From Candidatus Zixiibacteriota bacterium (GTDB lineage: Bacteria > Zixibacteria > MSB-5A5 > SM1-73), in assembly GCA_049694315.1 (NCBI GenBank), contig JBAVQU010000023.1, forward strand, positions 1,135 to 65,134: a stretch of 64,000 bases of DNA, in the 5' to 3' direction. Position numbers and translations under genes: made by a program. The notes beneath the pieces are model-generated. The model ran no database searches. It was not told the origin of the DNA and saw nothing but the letters and a program-made list of their open reading frames with translations. The first letter of the stretch is position 1, and each line of letters opens with the position of its first letter. Positions 48,270 through 58,930 of the stretch are shown here, in pieces.

Positions 48270-50447
48270 ATGAGGCACCCGGTCAAAACGAGCGTAGAGC
48301 AAGAGCGGATATTGACGTTTCTGTCCAGCCAGACTTACCGACCGCTCAAGCTGCGGGATCTGGCCCGGAATCTGAGAGTTCCTGAAGAACAATATGGGGA
48401 CTTCCGCAGGAAGATCAGATCGATGCTCAGGGATGGTCTGATCGTGAAGCTGAAGAGGGGTAGATTGGGACCGCCGGAGAAAGCAAACTCAGTCGTAGGT
48501 AAACTAATCTCAGGCAAGACCGGCTACGGTTTTGTGGTCCCGGAGGACAAAAGCGAGGATATTTACGTAAGAGGAGAGAACCTGGGAAATGCTCTTCATG
48601 GCGACAAAGTTGTGGTCAGAATTCACAGAACTAAAAGAGGGCCAAATCGCGAAGGGAGTGTTTTAAAGATTCTACAGAGGGCCAAGCAGAGCGTCGTGGG
48701 AATCTATCACCAAGGGAAGTACTCCGATTGCGTCGAACCGGATGACCGTAGGTTTCCCAGAGAGATCTGCATTCCTCGGGCTGATTCGAAAGAAGCACTG
48801 GATGGGCAGAAGGTGGTGGTATCGCTGGAAGATTGGGTAGACGTGCATTTGGGACCGCAGGGGAAGATCACCGAGGTATTGGGTTATCCCGATGATCCAG
48901 GCATGGACATGTTAACTTTGATTAAAGAGTTCGATCTGCCCCTGAGTTTTCCGGAAGATGTGGAAGCGGAGTTAGAACTATTGCCGGAACGGATGGGGAA
49001 GAAGGAATTCGAAAGGAGGCTCGACCTGCGGGACAAGACCTGCTTCACCATCGACCCGGTGGATGCCAAAGATCACGACGATGCGGTTTCCTTAGAGATC
49101 AAACCCAACGGCAACTACCTATTGGGGGTGCACATTGCGGATGTATCATTCTATGTAAAAGAAAACTCTGCCCTGGATGCGGAAGCATTGAAACGCGGGA
49201 CGTCAGTGTATCTGGTGGATCGGGTCATCCCCATGCTGCCGGAAAAGCTCTCCAACAATATCTGCAGTCTGAAGCCGAATCGCGGGAGACTCACCTACAG
49301 CGTTCTCTTGGAACTTGATGGGGAAGGGGAAAGGGTTGACTATCAGATCAAGGAGACGGTGATCAAGAGCAGGGCCAAACTAAACTACGATGAGGTGCAG
49401 AAGTTTTTTGATTCGGGTAGTGCCGGCAAAAACCTCAACGGTCTGGAGGACGATCTTTTGGAGATGAGGGGATTGAGCCGAAAACTTCTGGAGAAAAGGC
49501 TGGCCAAAGGTAGCCTGGATTTTGACCTGCCTGAGGCGCACGTGGTCTTGGCAAAAGACGGCACGGTGCAGGACATCCTGGAGACGGAAAGACTGGAGAG
49601 CCATCGCTTGATCGAGGAGTTCATGCTTCTGGCCAACCGCACGGTGGCCGAGCACGTCAGCCGCCTTTCTGTTCCGTTTTTGTATCGGGTGCACGAGGAA
49701 CCGGACAAAGATAAAATCGAGGCATTCTCTGACTTCGTCTCCACCCTAGGGCATTCATTCAAGGTGTCCGGGAAGATCCGTCCCAAGAAGATTCAGAGGT
49801 TCTTGAAATCCGTCGAGGGGAAGCCTGAGGAGAAACTGATCAACGAGATTTTGCTTCGTGCGCTGAAGAGAGCAGGTTATCAACCGGAGAACGTCGGGCA
49901 CTTTGGCTTGGCTTTCTCCCACTATACTCATTTCACCTCCCCCATCCGACGATATCCCGATCTACTGGTGCACCGGCTGTTAAAGGAGCTGCAACCAGGA
50001 AAATACACTTTCCAGCGGCAGAATCAGCTTGTCCGCCGTCTTCCCCAAATCGGTGAGATAGCCTCCGAAAGAGAGCGATTGGCCGATGAGGCGGAGAGAG
50101 AGTCGATAAAGATCAAACAGACCGAATTCATGCAGGATAAGCTGGGAGAGGAATATGGAGGTTTGATCTCCGGGGTGGTTCCTTTTGGCTTCTTCGTCAG
50201 GTTGGATAGTCTTTTGGTAGAGGGGCTGGTGCGGGTTTCCAGTCTGGAAGACGACTATTACCTCTTCGACGAAAGAAGGCATAGATTCGTGGGGAGACGT
50301 ATCAAACGGGTCTACAGATTGGGTGACAGGGTCAGAGTCCAGGTGACCAGAGTGGATAAAGAAAAAAGGGAAATAGATTTTGTCCTGGCGGGGATGAAGG
50401 AGCGCGTACGACGCCGAGAAAGAAAAGCCAAATCAAGAAGAAAGTGA
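48270..50447 (+). CDS. rnr: Ribonuclease R
   Basis: 725 aa. N-terminal HTH/cold-shock region, an RNB catalytic domain (IDPVDAKDHDDAVS), a C-terminal S1 domain and a Lys/Arg-rich tail. Confidence 0.9.
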   Translation: MRHPVKTSVEQERILTFLSSQTYRPLKLRDLARNLRVPEEQYGDFRRKIRSMLRDGLIVKLKRGRLGPPEKANSVVGKLISGKTGYGFVVPEDKSEDIYVRGENLGNALHGDKVVVRIHRTKRGPNREGSVLKILQRAKQSVVGIYHQGKYSDCVEPDDRRFPREICIPRADSKEALDGQKVVVSLEDWVDVHLGPQGKITEVLGYPDDPGMDMLTLIKEFDLPLSFPEDVEAELELLPERMGKKEFERRLDLRDKTCFTIDPVDAKDHDDAVSLEIKPNGNYLLGVHIADVSFYVKENSALDAEALKRGTSVYLVDRVIPMLPEKLSNNICSLKPNRGRLTYSVLLELDGEGERVDYQIKETVIKSRAKLNYDEVQKFFDSGSAGKNLNGLEDDLLEMRGLSRKLLEKRLAKGSLDFDLPEAHVVLAKDGTVQDILETERLESHRLIEEFMLLANRTVAEHVSRLSVPFLYRVHEEPDKDKIEAFSDFVSTLGHSFKVSGKIRPKKIQRFLKSVEGKPEEKLINEILLRALKRAGYQPENVGHFGLAFSHYTHFTSPIRRYPDLLVHRLLKELQPGKYTFQRQNQLVRRLPQIGEIASERERLADEAERESIKIKQTEFMQDKLGEEYGGLISGVVPFGFFVRLDSLLVEGLVRVSSLEDDYYLFDERRHRFVGRRIKRVYRLGDRVRVQVTRVDKEKREIDFVLAGMKERVRRRERKAKSRRK

Positions 50448-50683
50448 AAGCTAAAGAGTTTTTGGTTGTCATTTTGAGTTTTTGTTCTTAATTTCTATAC
50501 CGTCGAAAGTTTAGCTATCAGTCGCACCGAAGCTCAGCAGACATGAAGCCCTTTGGAATGTCAAGCCCCGTTTTTAATGGGATCTACGAGTTTGACTTGG
50601 CCTGAAGCTTTTTGAGAAGACGCCATGGCCAAAGGGTTCGACTGACGGCGAACACTCCAATGAGATGAAACCTGAATAGTCCT

Positions 50684-52177
50684 ATGAACCAGCCGGCCAA
50701 GATATTGATTATCAGCTCGGATGGACAGCTTCAGCAGGGGATTGGTAAGGCGCTGTCTGATATCAATGCCCGGACCATCACGGCACTGACCAGTCGGGAC
50801 GGTTTGAAGAAGATAAGGGAGGAGAGGTGCGACATGGTTATCGCGGATTCCCGACTGGAGGATTTCTCGTGTCCGGTGCTCATTCGGAAGATCATGGCTA
50901 AGACCCCGGATGCGGACGTGCTGGTCGGGCTTCCCACGGAAGACCTTCACCGGCAAAACGAGCTTCTGGACTGCGGTGCAGACGACGTTTTCGAAATCCC
51001 TTTCAAGCCAGAGGAGGTGCATCTAAAAGTTAGCAGGCTGCTCAAGGAAAAGAGTTTCTTGGAATCGTGCGGTCTGGTGGGAAAGTCGATTCAGCTGAAG
51101 CAGATAGCGGAATCGGCGCTTCAAGTCGCTCCCACGAATATCACGGTTCTGATTACCGGCGAATCGGGGACCGGAAAAGAGCTTGTCGCTCGCGCCATTC
51201 ACGCCAATAGTCTAAGAAAGGATAAACCCTTTGTCGCAGCCAACGTCGGTGCGCTGGCAGAGGGGGTGGTGGAAAGCGAGCTTTTTGGACATGAAAAAGG
51301 CGCCTTCACCGGCGCAGTGAGTCGACGGCAGGGACTTTTTGAGACTGCGGACGGCGGGACCATATTCTTGGACGAAATCGGAGAATTCAAACCGTCCACT
51401 CAGGTCAAACTTCTGCGGGTCTTGGAGGAGAGAAGCTTCATGCGAGTGGGGGGAAGCTCGGATATTAAAGTGGACGTGAGGGTCATTGCCGCCACCAATC
51501 AGAACCTCGAACGGAAGATGAGAGAAGGGACGTTCCGGAGTGACCTGTATTTCAGGTTGGCGGTAGTGAGAATCGACGTTCCTCCTCTGAGAGAAAGACC
51601 CAGGGACATTCCCATCCTAATCCACAGCTTCATCGAGAGGCTGAACGAAGAAAGCCCAAGAAGAATCTCCGGGATCACAGATGAAGCCCTTGAGCTTCTC
51701 ACCAGGTATTACTGGCCGGGAAATGTGAGGGAGCTTAAGAATTTCTTAGAGAGCATGTTGGCTTTGGCGCCGGGCAGAAGAATCGAAGCCTCGGATGTTG
51801 AGAAATATGTGGATATACAGGCAGGAGCCAATCGACGGCTGCCGGTGGTCACCGGCAAGTCTGTAGAGACCGCCGAACACGAGCTTCTTCTTCAGGCGAT
51901 CTTGAGTCTAAGGGCGGAGATCATAAGCCTGAAAGAGTCTCTTTTGGGGTCAAGGGAACTGAGACCCGAGAAAAGGATTGAGTCCGAAGGCACCTTTTGG
52001 GTGGATCACGGAAAAACGGGACAGATACCCGGTGATTTCAGCGTGGAAGAAATGGAAAAGGGTCTGATACAGAAGGCGCTAGCCTACACCAGAGGAAACA
52101 GAAAAAAAACCGCCCAGCTTCTGGGCATGGGAGAAAGAACGTTGTACCGGAAATTGGACAAGTATAAGCTGAGGTGA
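50684..52177 (+). CDS. Sigma-54-dependent Fis-family transcriptional activator (NtrC-like; REC, AAA+, HTH)
   Basis: Walker A GESGTGKELVARAIH. Sigma54-contact motif ESELFGHEKGAFTGA. C-terminal Fis-type HTH RKKTAQLLGMGERTLYRKL. The N-terminal receiver has a degenerate acidic pocket (ISSDG). Confidence 0.9.
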   Translation: MNQPAKILIISSDGQLQQGIGKALSDINARTITALTSRDGLKKIREERCDMVIADSRLEDFSCPVLIRKIMAKTPDADVLVGLPTEDLHRQNELLDCGADDVFEIPFKPEEVHLKVSRLLKEKSFLESCGLVGKSIQLKQIAESALQVAPTNITVLITGESGTGKELVARAIHANSLRKDKPFVAANVGALAEGVVESELFGHEKGAFTGAVSRRQGLFETADGGTIFLDEIGEFKPSTQVKLLRVLEERSFMRVGGSSDIKVDVRVIAATNQNLERKMREGTFRSDLYFRLAVVRIDVPPLRERPRDIPILIHSFIERLNEESPRRISGITDEALELLTRYYWPGNVRELKNFLESMLALAPGRRIEASDVEKYVDIQAGANRRLPVVTGKSVETAEHELLLQAILSLRAEIISLKESLLGSRELRPEKRIESEGTFWVDHGKTGQIPGDFSVEEMEKGLIQKALAYTRGNRKKTAQLLGMGERTLYRKLDKYKLR

Positions 52178-52243
52178 ACATTCAAGCACGTTGTCGACCA
52201 GCTCACACCGAATGGTTGATCCACGAGACCAGACGTTGAAGGA

Positions 52244-52303
52244 CAGTGTAGTTGCTCGATTTATCGAGCAAAGAAAGACGCCCAATAAATTGGGCAACTA
52301 CAA
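52244..52303. repeat. Structured intergenic element, family B, copy 1 (contains the palindrome CCCAAT-N2-ATTGGG)
   Basis: GTAGTTGCTCGATTTATCGAGCAAAGAAAGACGCCCAATAAATTGGGCAACTAC. Two hairpins (TTGCTCGAT/ATCGAGCAA and CCCAAT/ATTGGG) are closed by an outer GTAGTTG/CAACTAC stem. Confidence 0.6.
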
Positions 52304-52338
52304 ATGAAGCGTCGGGCAACCTTTGGTAGCGCGACCTG

Positions 52339-52396
52339 CCTCTCCCCCTTAGTCCCCCTCTCTACGACGTGGGGAGGGGGAAATAGGGGGTGAGGT
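52339..52396. repeat. Palindromic REP-like intergenic element, family A
   Basis: CCTCTCCCCCTTAGTCCCCCTCTCTACGACGTGGGGAGGGGGAAATAGGGGGTGAGG. About 85% identical to the copy at 55849. Confidence 0.6.
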
Positions 52397-52493
52397 TTGT
52401 CAAAGATCGCCCGATAAGTTATGCTCCCGTCTGGAAATTGGGCGACTGCAAATCTGATTCATCTATGGACGACGACAAAATGGAGAAACCACG

Positions 52494-53648
52494 ATGACCC
52501 AGAGAAACCGATTATTAACTATCGTTGCTTTGTACTTGATCTGCTTAATGCTTGTGCTGATTTCCGCAGGAACTGGAGTGACCCAAACAGAAAAAGGGCA
52601 GCAAATCCTAAGAGCTATTCCTGCTCCATCTCTACAAAACAATCTTTTAGGTGATGGAACGAAGCAAGCGGTCGTGATCTATCTTCCCTCTTCATACGGC
52701 ACGAGCACAAAGGAATACCCCGCAGTCTACTTCCTGCCCGGTTTCGGCGATGCCGTAGGATCTTTTGTCGATGGGACATATCAAGGGTTTAGGCTGCAAG
52801 AGGCCATGGATAGGTTGATCAATACTGAAACCATCAAGGAAATGATCGCGGTAATCGCCAACGGACGCAATTTTCTGGGAGGTAGTTTCTACGTGAACTC
52901 GCCGGTGACGGGAAACTGGGAGGATTTTATTGTAAAAGACGTGGTGGGCTATGTTGACTCTCATTACAGAACGATCAAAGATGCGAGGTCCCGAGGGATT
53001 TCCGGGCATTCAATGGGTGGCTTTGGGGCCTTGAACATTGCCATGCGTCACCCGGACGTTTTCAGTTGTGTTTATGCCCTTAGCCCAGGACTGTTTGATC
53101 AAAACGGATTATCGAATACGCCGATGTTTTCGCATCGTGACGCCATCAACCGCTATCTGACCACCGACAGCAGCCTGGCATCCGTGACCAACCAGGAAGC
53201 CAAGACCAAGTTTAGCTCCATGATATCGGAGCTTTATCATAATGATAATTGGGATCAACTTTTTACGTACGCATACGGCTCCGCATTTTCACCCAATCCA
53301 AATAAAAATGCGCCGTACATTAGTTATCCCTACAGGAAAACCAATCACTCTTTGATTCGGGATAGCACTATCTGGAAAGGGTGGGAGAACGGTTTTGGGG
53401 GCATTACTCACAAAATGGAGCTGTATAAGACGGGTCTTTCCAAACTTCATGCCATCAGTATCGAATTTGGCCGCAGTGACGAGAATCCCTGGATTCCTCA
53501 AGGGTGCCAGTTCTTCTCACAGCAGTTGAAGAAGGAACGCATATCTTATAAACTAGTGACTTTCAATGGAGGTCATCAGGACAAATTGCGCCAACGACTT
53601 GAAGAATACATGCTGCCGTTTTTCTCAAAGAATCTGGCCTCGGAGTAG
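52494..53648 (+). CDS. Secreted alpha/beta-hydrolase, putative esterase family
   Basis: Signal peptide. Nucleophile elbow GHSMGGFGAL. Esterase-family segments AVYFLPGFGD and HPDVFSCVYALSPG. Confidence 0.75.
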   Translation: MTQRNRLLTIVALYLICLMLVLISAGTGVTQTEKGQQILRAIPAPSLQNNLLGDGTKQAVVIYLPSSYGTSTKEYPAVYFLPGFGDAVGSFVDGTYQGFRLQEAMDRLINTETIKEMIAVIANGRNFLGGSFYVNSPVTGNWEDFIVKDVVGYVDSHYRTIKDARSRGISGHSMGGFGALNIAMRHPDVFSCVYALSPGLFDQNGLSNTPMFSHRDAINRYLTTDSSLASVTNQEAKTKFSSMISELYHNDNWDQLFTYAYGSAFSPNPNKNAPYISYPYRKTNHSLIRDSTIWKGWENGFGGITHKMELYKTGLSKLHAISIEFGRSDENPWIPQGCQFFSQQLKKERISYKLVTFNGGHQDKLRQRLEEYMLPFFSKNLASE

Positions 53649-53731
53649 GTCTGTAGGACCATGACGCGGAGAGTCTTTCGAACTGGTCCTGGTTCTCGTC
53701 TGAGCATGACGGCGAACAACGATGAAGGTAT

Positions 53732-53791
53732 GAATGTAGCTGCTCTATTGATCGAGGTGCCAAAAGTGCCCAATGAATTGGGCAACTACAA
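53732..53791. repeat. Structured intergenic element, family B, copy 2
   Basis: GTAGCTGCTCTATTGATCGAGGTGCCAAAAGTGCCCAATGAATTGGGCAACTACAA. It shares the CCCAATNAATTGGGCAACTACAA core with copy 1, and the similarity extends upstream (TGAAGG...). It ends 22 nt before the PSRP start codon. Confidence 0.55.
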
Positions 53792-53812
53792 TTACTCGCC
53801 TACCATGAACAA

Positions 53813-54640
53813 ATGAAATCTTCGCTGCAAAAAACCAAATACATCTGGGTTATATCGGACGGCTCCGGTTCCACCGCAGAAAGGGTGTTGCAAGCCAGCC
53901 TGGTGCAATTCGGGCAAAGAGAGGTGGTGGTGGAGCGCATCCCCGACGTCCGAACTGCCAGGCAGATCGCTGACATCGTAGCAAAGGCCGCAAAGAAAAA
54001 AGGACTGGTGGCATACACTTTGGTCACTCCGGAGCTTCGCAACGAAATAGTCACCAGAGCTAACGAATCCAATGTTCCCACGGTGGATCTTCTGGGGCCT
54101 TTGCTCACCACGCTTACCACTTTCCTGGCCTCATCTCCCGAGTCTAAGCCAGGGTTGCTGGGACAGTTGAATCATCACTACTTTCAAAGGATTGATGCGG
54201 TGGGATTCACCGTCAAGCACGACGACGGTCGCGGAGTACATGATTTGCCTAAGGCAGACGTGATCATAACCGGCGTTTCCAGAACGTCGAAGACCCCTCT
54301 GAGCATGTATCTGGCCTATAACAAAGGTCTGTTGGTCGCCAATATCCCGATAATCTTAGGATTAGATCCCCCTTCACAGCTTTTTAAAGTCGATCAAAAG
54401 AAGATCGTGGGATTGACGGCAAATCCGGATCTTTTGATACGCTTGCGTCAGACCCGGCTGGCCCAGATGGCACATGCCGACATCGACTACGGCGATGCCA
54501 GCCACGTGATTGAAGAGCTGAAGTACAGCCACCAGATCTTTCGCCAGAATCCCAGATGGTCGGTGATCGACATCACCGGCAAAGCTATTGAGGAGATGGC
54601 CAACGAGGTGTGCAGTGTGGTCATGGGGCTGGCCACGTAG
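53813..54640 (+). CDS. Pyruvate,water/phosphate dikinase regulatory protein (bifunctional kinase/pyrophosphorylase, DUF299)
   Basis: N-terminal IWVISDGSGSTAE and the P-loop-like VIITGVSRTSKTPLSMYLA, both characteristic of PSRP. Confidence 0.85.
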   Translation: MKSSLQKTKYIWVISDGSGSTAERVLQASLVQFGQREVVVERIPDVRTARQIADIVAKAAKKKGLVAYTLVTPELRNEIVTRANESNVPTVDLLGPLLTTLTTFLASSPESKPGLLGQLNHHYFQRIDAVGFTVKHDDGRGVHDLPKADVIITGVSRTSKTPLSMYLAYNKGLLVANIPIILGLDPPSQLFKVDQKKIVGLTANPDLLIRLRQTRLAQMAHADIDYGDASHVIEELKYSHQIFRQNPRWSVIDITGKAIEEMANEVCSVVMGLAT

Positions 54641-54703
54641 CTCTTGGGAAACATGGCTGGACCAGAAAGCAGCATCACCTATCAAACTCATGGAGAACGG
54701 CGG

Positions 54704-55843
54704 ATGAGAGTCATCGTGTTGGGAGCGGGATTGGTGGGGGGAGCTATGGCGAAGGACTTGGCTTCGGATCAAGACTTCCAGATTACTGTCGCCGATCTTG
54801 ATCCGGCAAATCTGGATAAGTTGAAGGACGACTCCAGGATTCAGAGGACTAAAGCCGACCTCTCGGACTCAACCACTCTTTCCGGGCTGGTTAAGGACTC
54901 CGATCTGGTGGTGGGGGCGCTTCCCGGACACATGGGATTTCGCGCGCTGAGGACGGTTATCGAATCCGGCAAAGACATGGTGGACATTTCGTTTTTCCCC
55001 GAAGACCCGTTCGAATTAGACCAGTTGGCCAAAGAAAGAAAGGTGACTGCTGTGGTCGACTGTGGTGTGGCCCCGGGGTGCAGCAATCTGATCCTGGGTT
55101 ATGTGGCAAGCGTTCTGGAGGAGACGGAGAGTTTCTCATGTTACGTCGGCGGGCTGCCCAAGATGCGCACTTGGCCATATGAATACAAAGCCCCTTTTTC
55201 TCCGTCAGACGTCATAGAAGAGTACAATCGTCCGGCCCGATTCGTGGAGAACGGAAGAGTGGTCACCAAGCCGGCCCTATCCGAGATCGAGCTTTTGGAT
55301 CTACCCGGCGTGGGGACTTTGGAGGCGTTCAATACCGATGGCTTAAGGAGCCTGATCAAAACCATGAAAGTACCCTGCATGAAGGAGAAGACCATGAGGT
55401 TTCCCGGTCACGCAGAAAAGATGCGTATGCTGCGTGAGACAGGTTTTTTCAGTCAAAGACCTCTTTTGGTCGGTGGGGTCGATGTGCGACCGCTGGATTT
55501 GACCTCCAAGCTTCTTTTTTCCCTATGGAAGCTGGATGAGGGTGAAGAGGACTTCACGGTGATGCGGATTGAAGTGGAGGGAAAGAAAGATGGTAAACGA
55601 AAACGGTTTGTGTTCGATCTTCTGGACCATTACGACAAAAAGAATAGGACCCTCTCCATGGCTCGTACCACCGGATACACTTGCACGACGGTAGCGCGTC
55701 TTTTGGCCCGCAAGAAATTCACTCACGTCGGCATCTGCCCGCCGGAGTTTCTGGGTCAGGATCATGAGTGTTACCGGTCAATAATGGATGGTCTAAAGGA
55801 AAAAGGGATAAACTTCCAAGAAAAAGTCGAGGAGTTGAATTGA
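54704..55843 (+). CDS. Saccharopine dehydrogenase-family NAD(P)-binding protein
   Basis: Rossmann motif MRVIVLGAGLVGGAMAKDL. Start at the ATG at 54704; the longer ORF from 54644 adds 20 residues with no similarity to known N-termini. Confidence 0.75.
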   Translation: MRVIVLGAGLVGGAMAKDLASDQDFQITVADLDPANLDKLKDDSRIQRTKADLSDSTTLSGLVKDSDLVVGALPGHMGFRALRTVIESGKDMVDISFFPEDPFELDQLAKERKVTAVVDCGVAPGCSNLILGYVASVLEETESFSCYVGGLPKMRTWPYEYKAPFSPSDVIEEYNRPARFVENGRVVTKPALSEIELLDLPGVGTLEAFNTDGLRSLIKTMKVPCMKEKTMRFPGHAEKMRMLRETGFFSQRPLLVGGVDVRPLDLTSKLLFSLWKLDEGEEDFTVMRIEVEGKKDGKRKRFVFDLLDHYDKKNRTLSMARTTGYTCTTVARLLARKKFTHVGICPPEFLGQDHECYRSIMDGLKEKGINFQEKVEELN

Positions 55844-55848
55844 GAAGA

Positions 55849-55905
55849 CCTCTCCCCCTTGGTCCCCCTCTCCATTTTGTGGAGAAAGGGAGATAGGGGG
55901 TGAGG
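55849..55905. repeat. Palindromic REP-like intergenic element, family A
   Basis: CCTCTCCCCCTTGGTCCCCCTCTCCATTTTGTGGAGAAAGGGAGATAGGGGGTGAGG. Arms are CCTCTCCCCC...GGGGGTGAGG with an inner CTCTCC/GGAGA palindrome. Confidence 0.6.
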
Positions 55906-55924
55906 CAATGGAGAGGAGAGAATC

Positions 55925-56365
55925 ATGAAAGTAAAAGATGTCCTGAAAGAGAAGGGAACCAAGGTAGCTACCATCGGATCGGATCGAAGTATTTTGGATG
56001 CAGTGAAGGACCTGGTGGAAAAAAACATCGGTTCCCTTTTGGTCTTGGATGAGAAAGGCGCCATCTGCGGCATAATAACCGAGCGAGACATACTGAAGGA
56101 ATGTGATCGGCGCTACGAATCGCTCAAGCAAACCAAGGTCCAGGACGTGATGACAAAAGATCTGATCGTAGCTTCTCCGGAGGATGATGTGGACTACGTG
56201 GAGGACGTGATGACCCAGAACCGATTGAGGCACGTTCCCATCGTCTCCGGAAAGAAACTGGAGGGGTTGATCTCCATCGGAGACATCGTTAAGGTGCAGC
56301 GCGGAGAATGCAACGTGGAAAATCGCTATCTCAAAGATTATATCTCCGGGAAGTACCCCGCTTGA
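55925..56365 (+). CDS. CBS-domain pair protein
   Basis: 146 aa with two CBS motifs (VKDVLKEKGTKVATIGSDRSILDAVKDLVEKNIGSLLVLDE... and VQDVMTKDLIVASPEDDVDYVEDVMTQNRLRHVPIV). Confidence 0.85.
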   Translation: MKVKDVLKEKGTKVATIGSDRSILDAVKDLVEKNIGSLLVLDEKGAICGIITERDILKECDRRYESLKQTKVQDVMTKDLIVASPEDDVDYVEDVMTQNRLRHVPIVSGKKLEGLISIGDIVKVQRGECNVENRYLKDYISGKYPA

Positions 56366-56415
56366 GCAATGAAGAAGCTCAGGAGTATACCATTTCTCTT
56401 CGAGAGTTGACCGGA

Positions 56416-57093
56416 ATGGAACGAAATGAACCCGCATTAGATCGAGTCGCTTTGCTCAAACCCGGCAGGGTATTGGACGTTGGCTGTGGATGCGGATGTT
56501 ACACGGCCAAACTGTCACCTCACTGCAACCAAATCACGGCTATCGATTCCTCAGCGTCGCTGATCGGGCGCTGCAAAAGCGAAAACCAAAAGCCAAACGT
56601 CACTTACGTTTGCATGGATGCCAGAAACATCGCTTATCCCGATGCCAGTTTTGACCTCGTCTTGGAAAGGGCCTGTTTGCATCACATCCGGGAATGGGAG
56701 AAAGTGCTGGATGAGATGATAAGACTCTCCTCCAGATTCATCCTAATCGAAGAGCCAAACCACGACTCAAGAAGCGAAGCGAAAAGAAACACTATGCGCG
56801 CTCAGCAGTTGTACTTGGAAGTTCAAAATGAAGTTGGCTACACTCATTACCAGTACATAGAGTTGGCTTCCTTGATTGCATATTTCGAGCGAAGGAACAT
56901 TAAAATCGAAACCAAGGCGATAAAATCCGATGAGCTGGTCGATTTTGACCAGTTCTTCTGCTCGTTTGGCGATTTCGCCGGGAAAAGTGTTAGAAAAGAA
57001 TACTGGTTCGACAGGCTTAACCAGTTGAGGCAAGAGCTGGACGGAAAGAAGCTCTGCGAAGAGGATATCGTCTTCATCTCCGCGAAAAAGTGA
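56416..57093 (+). CDS. Class I SAM-dependent methyltransferase
   Basis: Motif I VLDVGCGCGCY, an acidic motif II and DLVLERACLHH. Start at the ATG at 56416; the longer ORF from 56308 would overlap the CBS gene by 58 nt. Confidence 0.7.
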   Translation: MERNEPALDRVALLKPGRVLDVGCGCGCYTAKLSPHCNQITAIDSSASLIGRCKSENQKPNVTYVCMDARNIAYPDASFDLVLERACLHHIREWEKVLDEMIRLSSRFILIEEPNHDSRSEAKRNTMRAQQLYLEVQNEVGYTHYQYIELASLIAYFERRNIKIETKAIKSDELVDFDQFFCSFGDFAGKSVRKEYWFDRLNQLRQELDGKKLCEEDIVFISAKK

Positions 57094-57155
57094 TTGGCAT
57101 TTCTTAGTCAGCCACCGGCAGCAGCGTTTCGACGGATTTTTTCAAGGGGAGCTTG

Positions 57156-58827
57156 GATGCTCAAAACAGTAGCCTCGTTTGTTTTCCTCGCCATCATTCT
57201 ATATTCGTGTGCCGAAGCACAAATGATCTCTACGGAAGTCTATGAGACCGAGGAGGATTTGCAGACCGGTTTGGAGTTGGGGCTTTTAACCTATGACCAG
57301 TATCTTGAGCTTTTGGACATGATCCAAAGCAAGGTTACTCCTACATCGGAGGACGCTGACAAACTGGAGTTTGTCCCGGACGTAAGCAACGCGGACGTGT
57401 CCCAGATAAAAGAGAGGAGGGAGGATATCGATTTGCAGGAGAGGGCCGGCCCGTTTCTGGAAAAAGACCATAGAGAGGCGGTGTCGGGAATTTCGGGAAA
57501 GCTGGTTTGGCGCCTGTACCAGCGATTTCAAGAGACAGATCAGTCGGAACACTATCTCTCCTGCGAGGTCCAAAACGGAGACCGGATGATCTGGCATGTC
57601 GAAGCAGATCAACAGTGGAATTCCTCTGAAGCAGCATTCAGCCGGAGCGATCTTCGAGTACGAAAGAGGTATGTCAAATTCCTGCTTCCCGAATACTCAG
57701 GTGAGGTGATCGTGGGTAATTTCGATCGAAGGATCGGCCTGGGCTTGAATATCGGCTACCATCCGCTTTTTGGTTACAGCAGCCTGTCGGATGTCAGATT
57801 TGATGATTCTTTCCTCTATCCCGCGCTGGGGAGGAATAACGGAATCCTGGGAGAGGGAAGACTCAAGTCCATTTCGCTTTTGGTCTTTTACTCCAAGTAC
57901 AGACGCCAAGAGATCGACGATCAGGTCTCCGCCATCGATTTGAGTTTCGTGAACAAGAGGATGCAGGTCGGGTTTTGTCTTTCAGAGGGCAAGCTTAAGA
58001 ACACCGACAACCAGAACACTTTCAATGACGATTGCCAAAGCCTTCATTTTGACTTGAAGCTCAAACCCCTCAGATTCTCCGGTGAGTATGCTTTACTTTC
58101 CAACAAAAAAGCTGGGCTGGCGTTTGATCTTTATTCCGCACGGAAAAAGTACAGCTTTGATTTCTCCGGCTGGAGATATGACGACGATTTCGTTCACCCG
58201 CATGGCAGTGGAATCTCCAATCAGGATTATGAAACCATTGATTTGGAAAAGATCGATTTCCAATATCGATCCAGGCAGGCCGGGGAGAGGGGAATTCTCT
58301 TCAAGTCCAGATACGACGTCTTCAACAGAGTCAGCCTGAATTTCTCTTACAACCAATGGAGAGAAAGATCGTATCTGCCAGGTAAGACCAAACTGCGGGT
58401 GGGTGCAGGTTATGAGTTTTCCCACAGTTTTTCTTTGGCGGTGTATCAACTGTGGACTGACTATGAGGTGGAAGATAGACAGATCGATGAGAGAATATCG
58501 TCCCTGAATTTGCTTTTGTCTCCACGGAGAAACCTCGATTTGGATTTGATAGGAAATTATCGAAGCACGGCTGACAAAGAGCATGGCGATATCAAGCTGA
58601 AAGCGGGAACCAAGCTGCTTTCTCCCTTTGACATTATCCTCTGGCTAAGATACTATGACCCCAATTTCTCTCAGGCTTCGGATGGATATTTTAGCTTTCA
58701 GATTCAGGAGAAGGTTAGGTTTTTGGAAAATTACTTTGTTTCGGCCGAGTTTATAACTAAATTCTATCAAGGTGAGGACCAGATCAATACCCAGGCGGCA
58801 AGAATAAGAATCGAAGCGGTGTGGTAA
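57156..58827 (+). CDS. Putative outer-membrane beta-barrel protein (unknown family)
   Basis: Signal peptide MLKTVASFVFLAIILYSCAEA with an AAGGGGA RBS. Abundant alternating hydrophobic/polar beta-strand patterns. C-terminal ...RIRIEAVW, ending in an aromatic residue as is typical of OMP barrels. Confidence 0.45.
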
Positions 58828-58930
58828 CGGAGGGGAAGATACGATAGCTTCAAGTTTAAGAAGAATAGCTCCAGACGGCATTGGCGGTGATTCACTGAGA
58901 GTGTGGAGAACGAAATTATAGGAGAAGGTT

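Noticed and set aside
54644-54703. Extended N-terminus (MGNMAGPESSITYQTHGERR) for the saccharopine dehydrogenase gene
   Set aside because: The Rossmann fold begins right at MRVIVLGAG. The extension has no RBS advantage and starts 4 nt after the upstream stop. It is kept only as an alternative.
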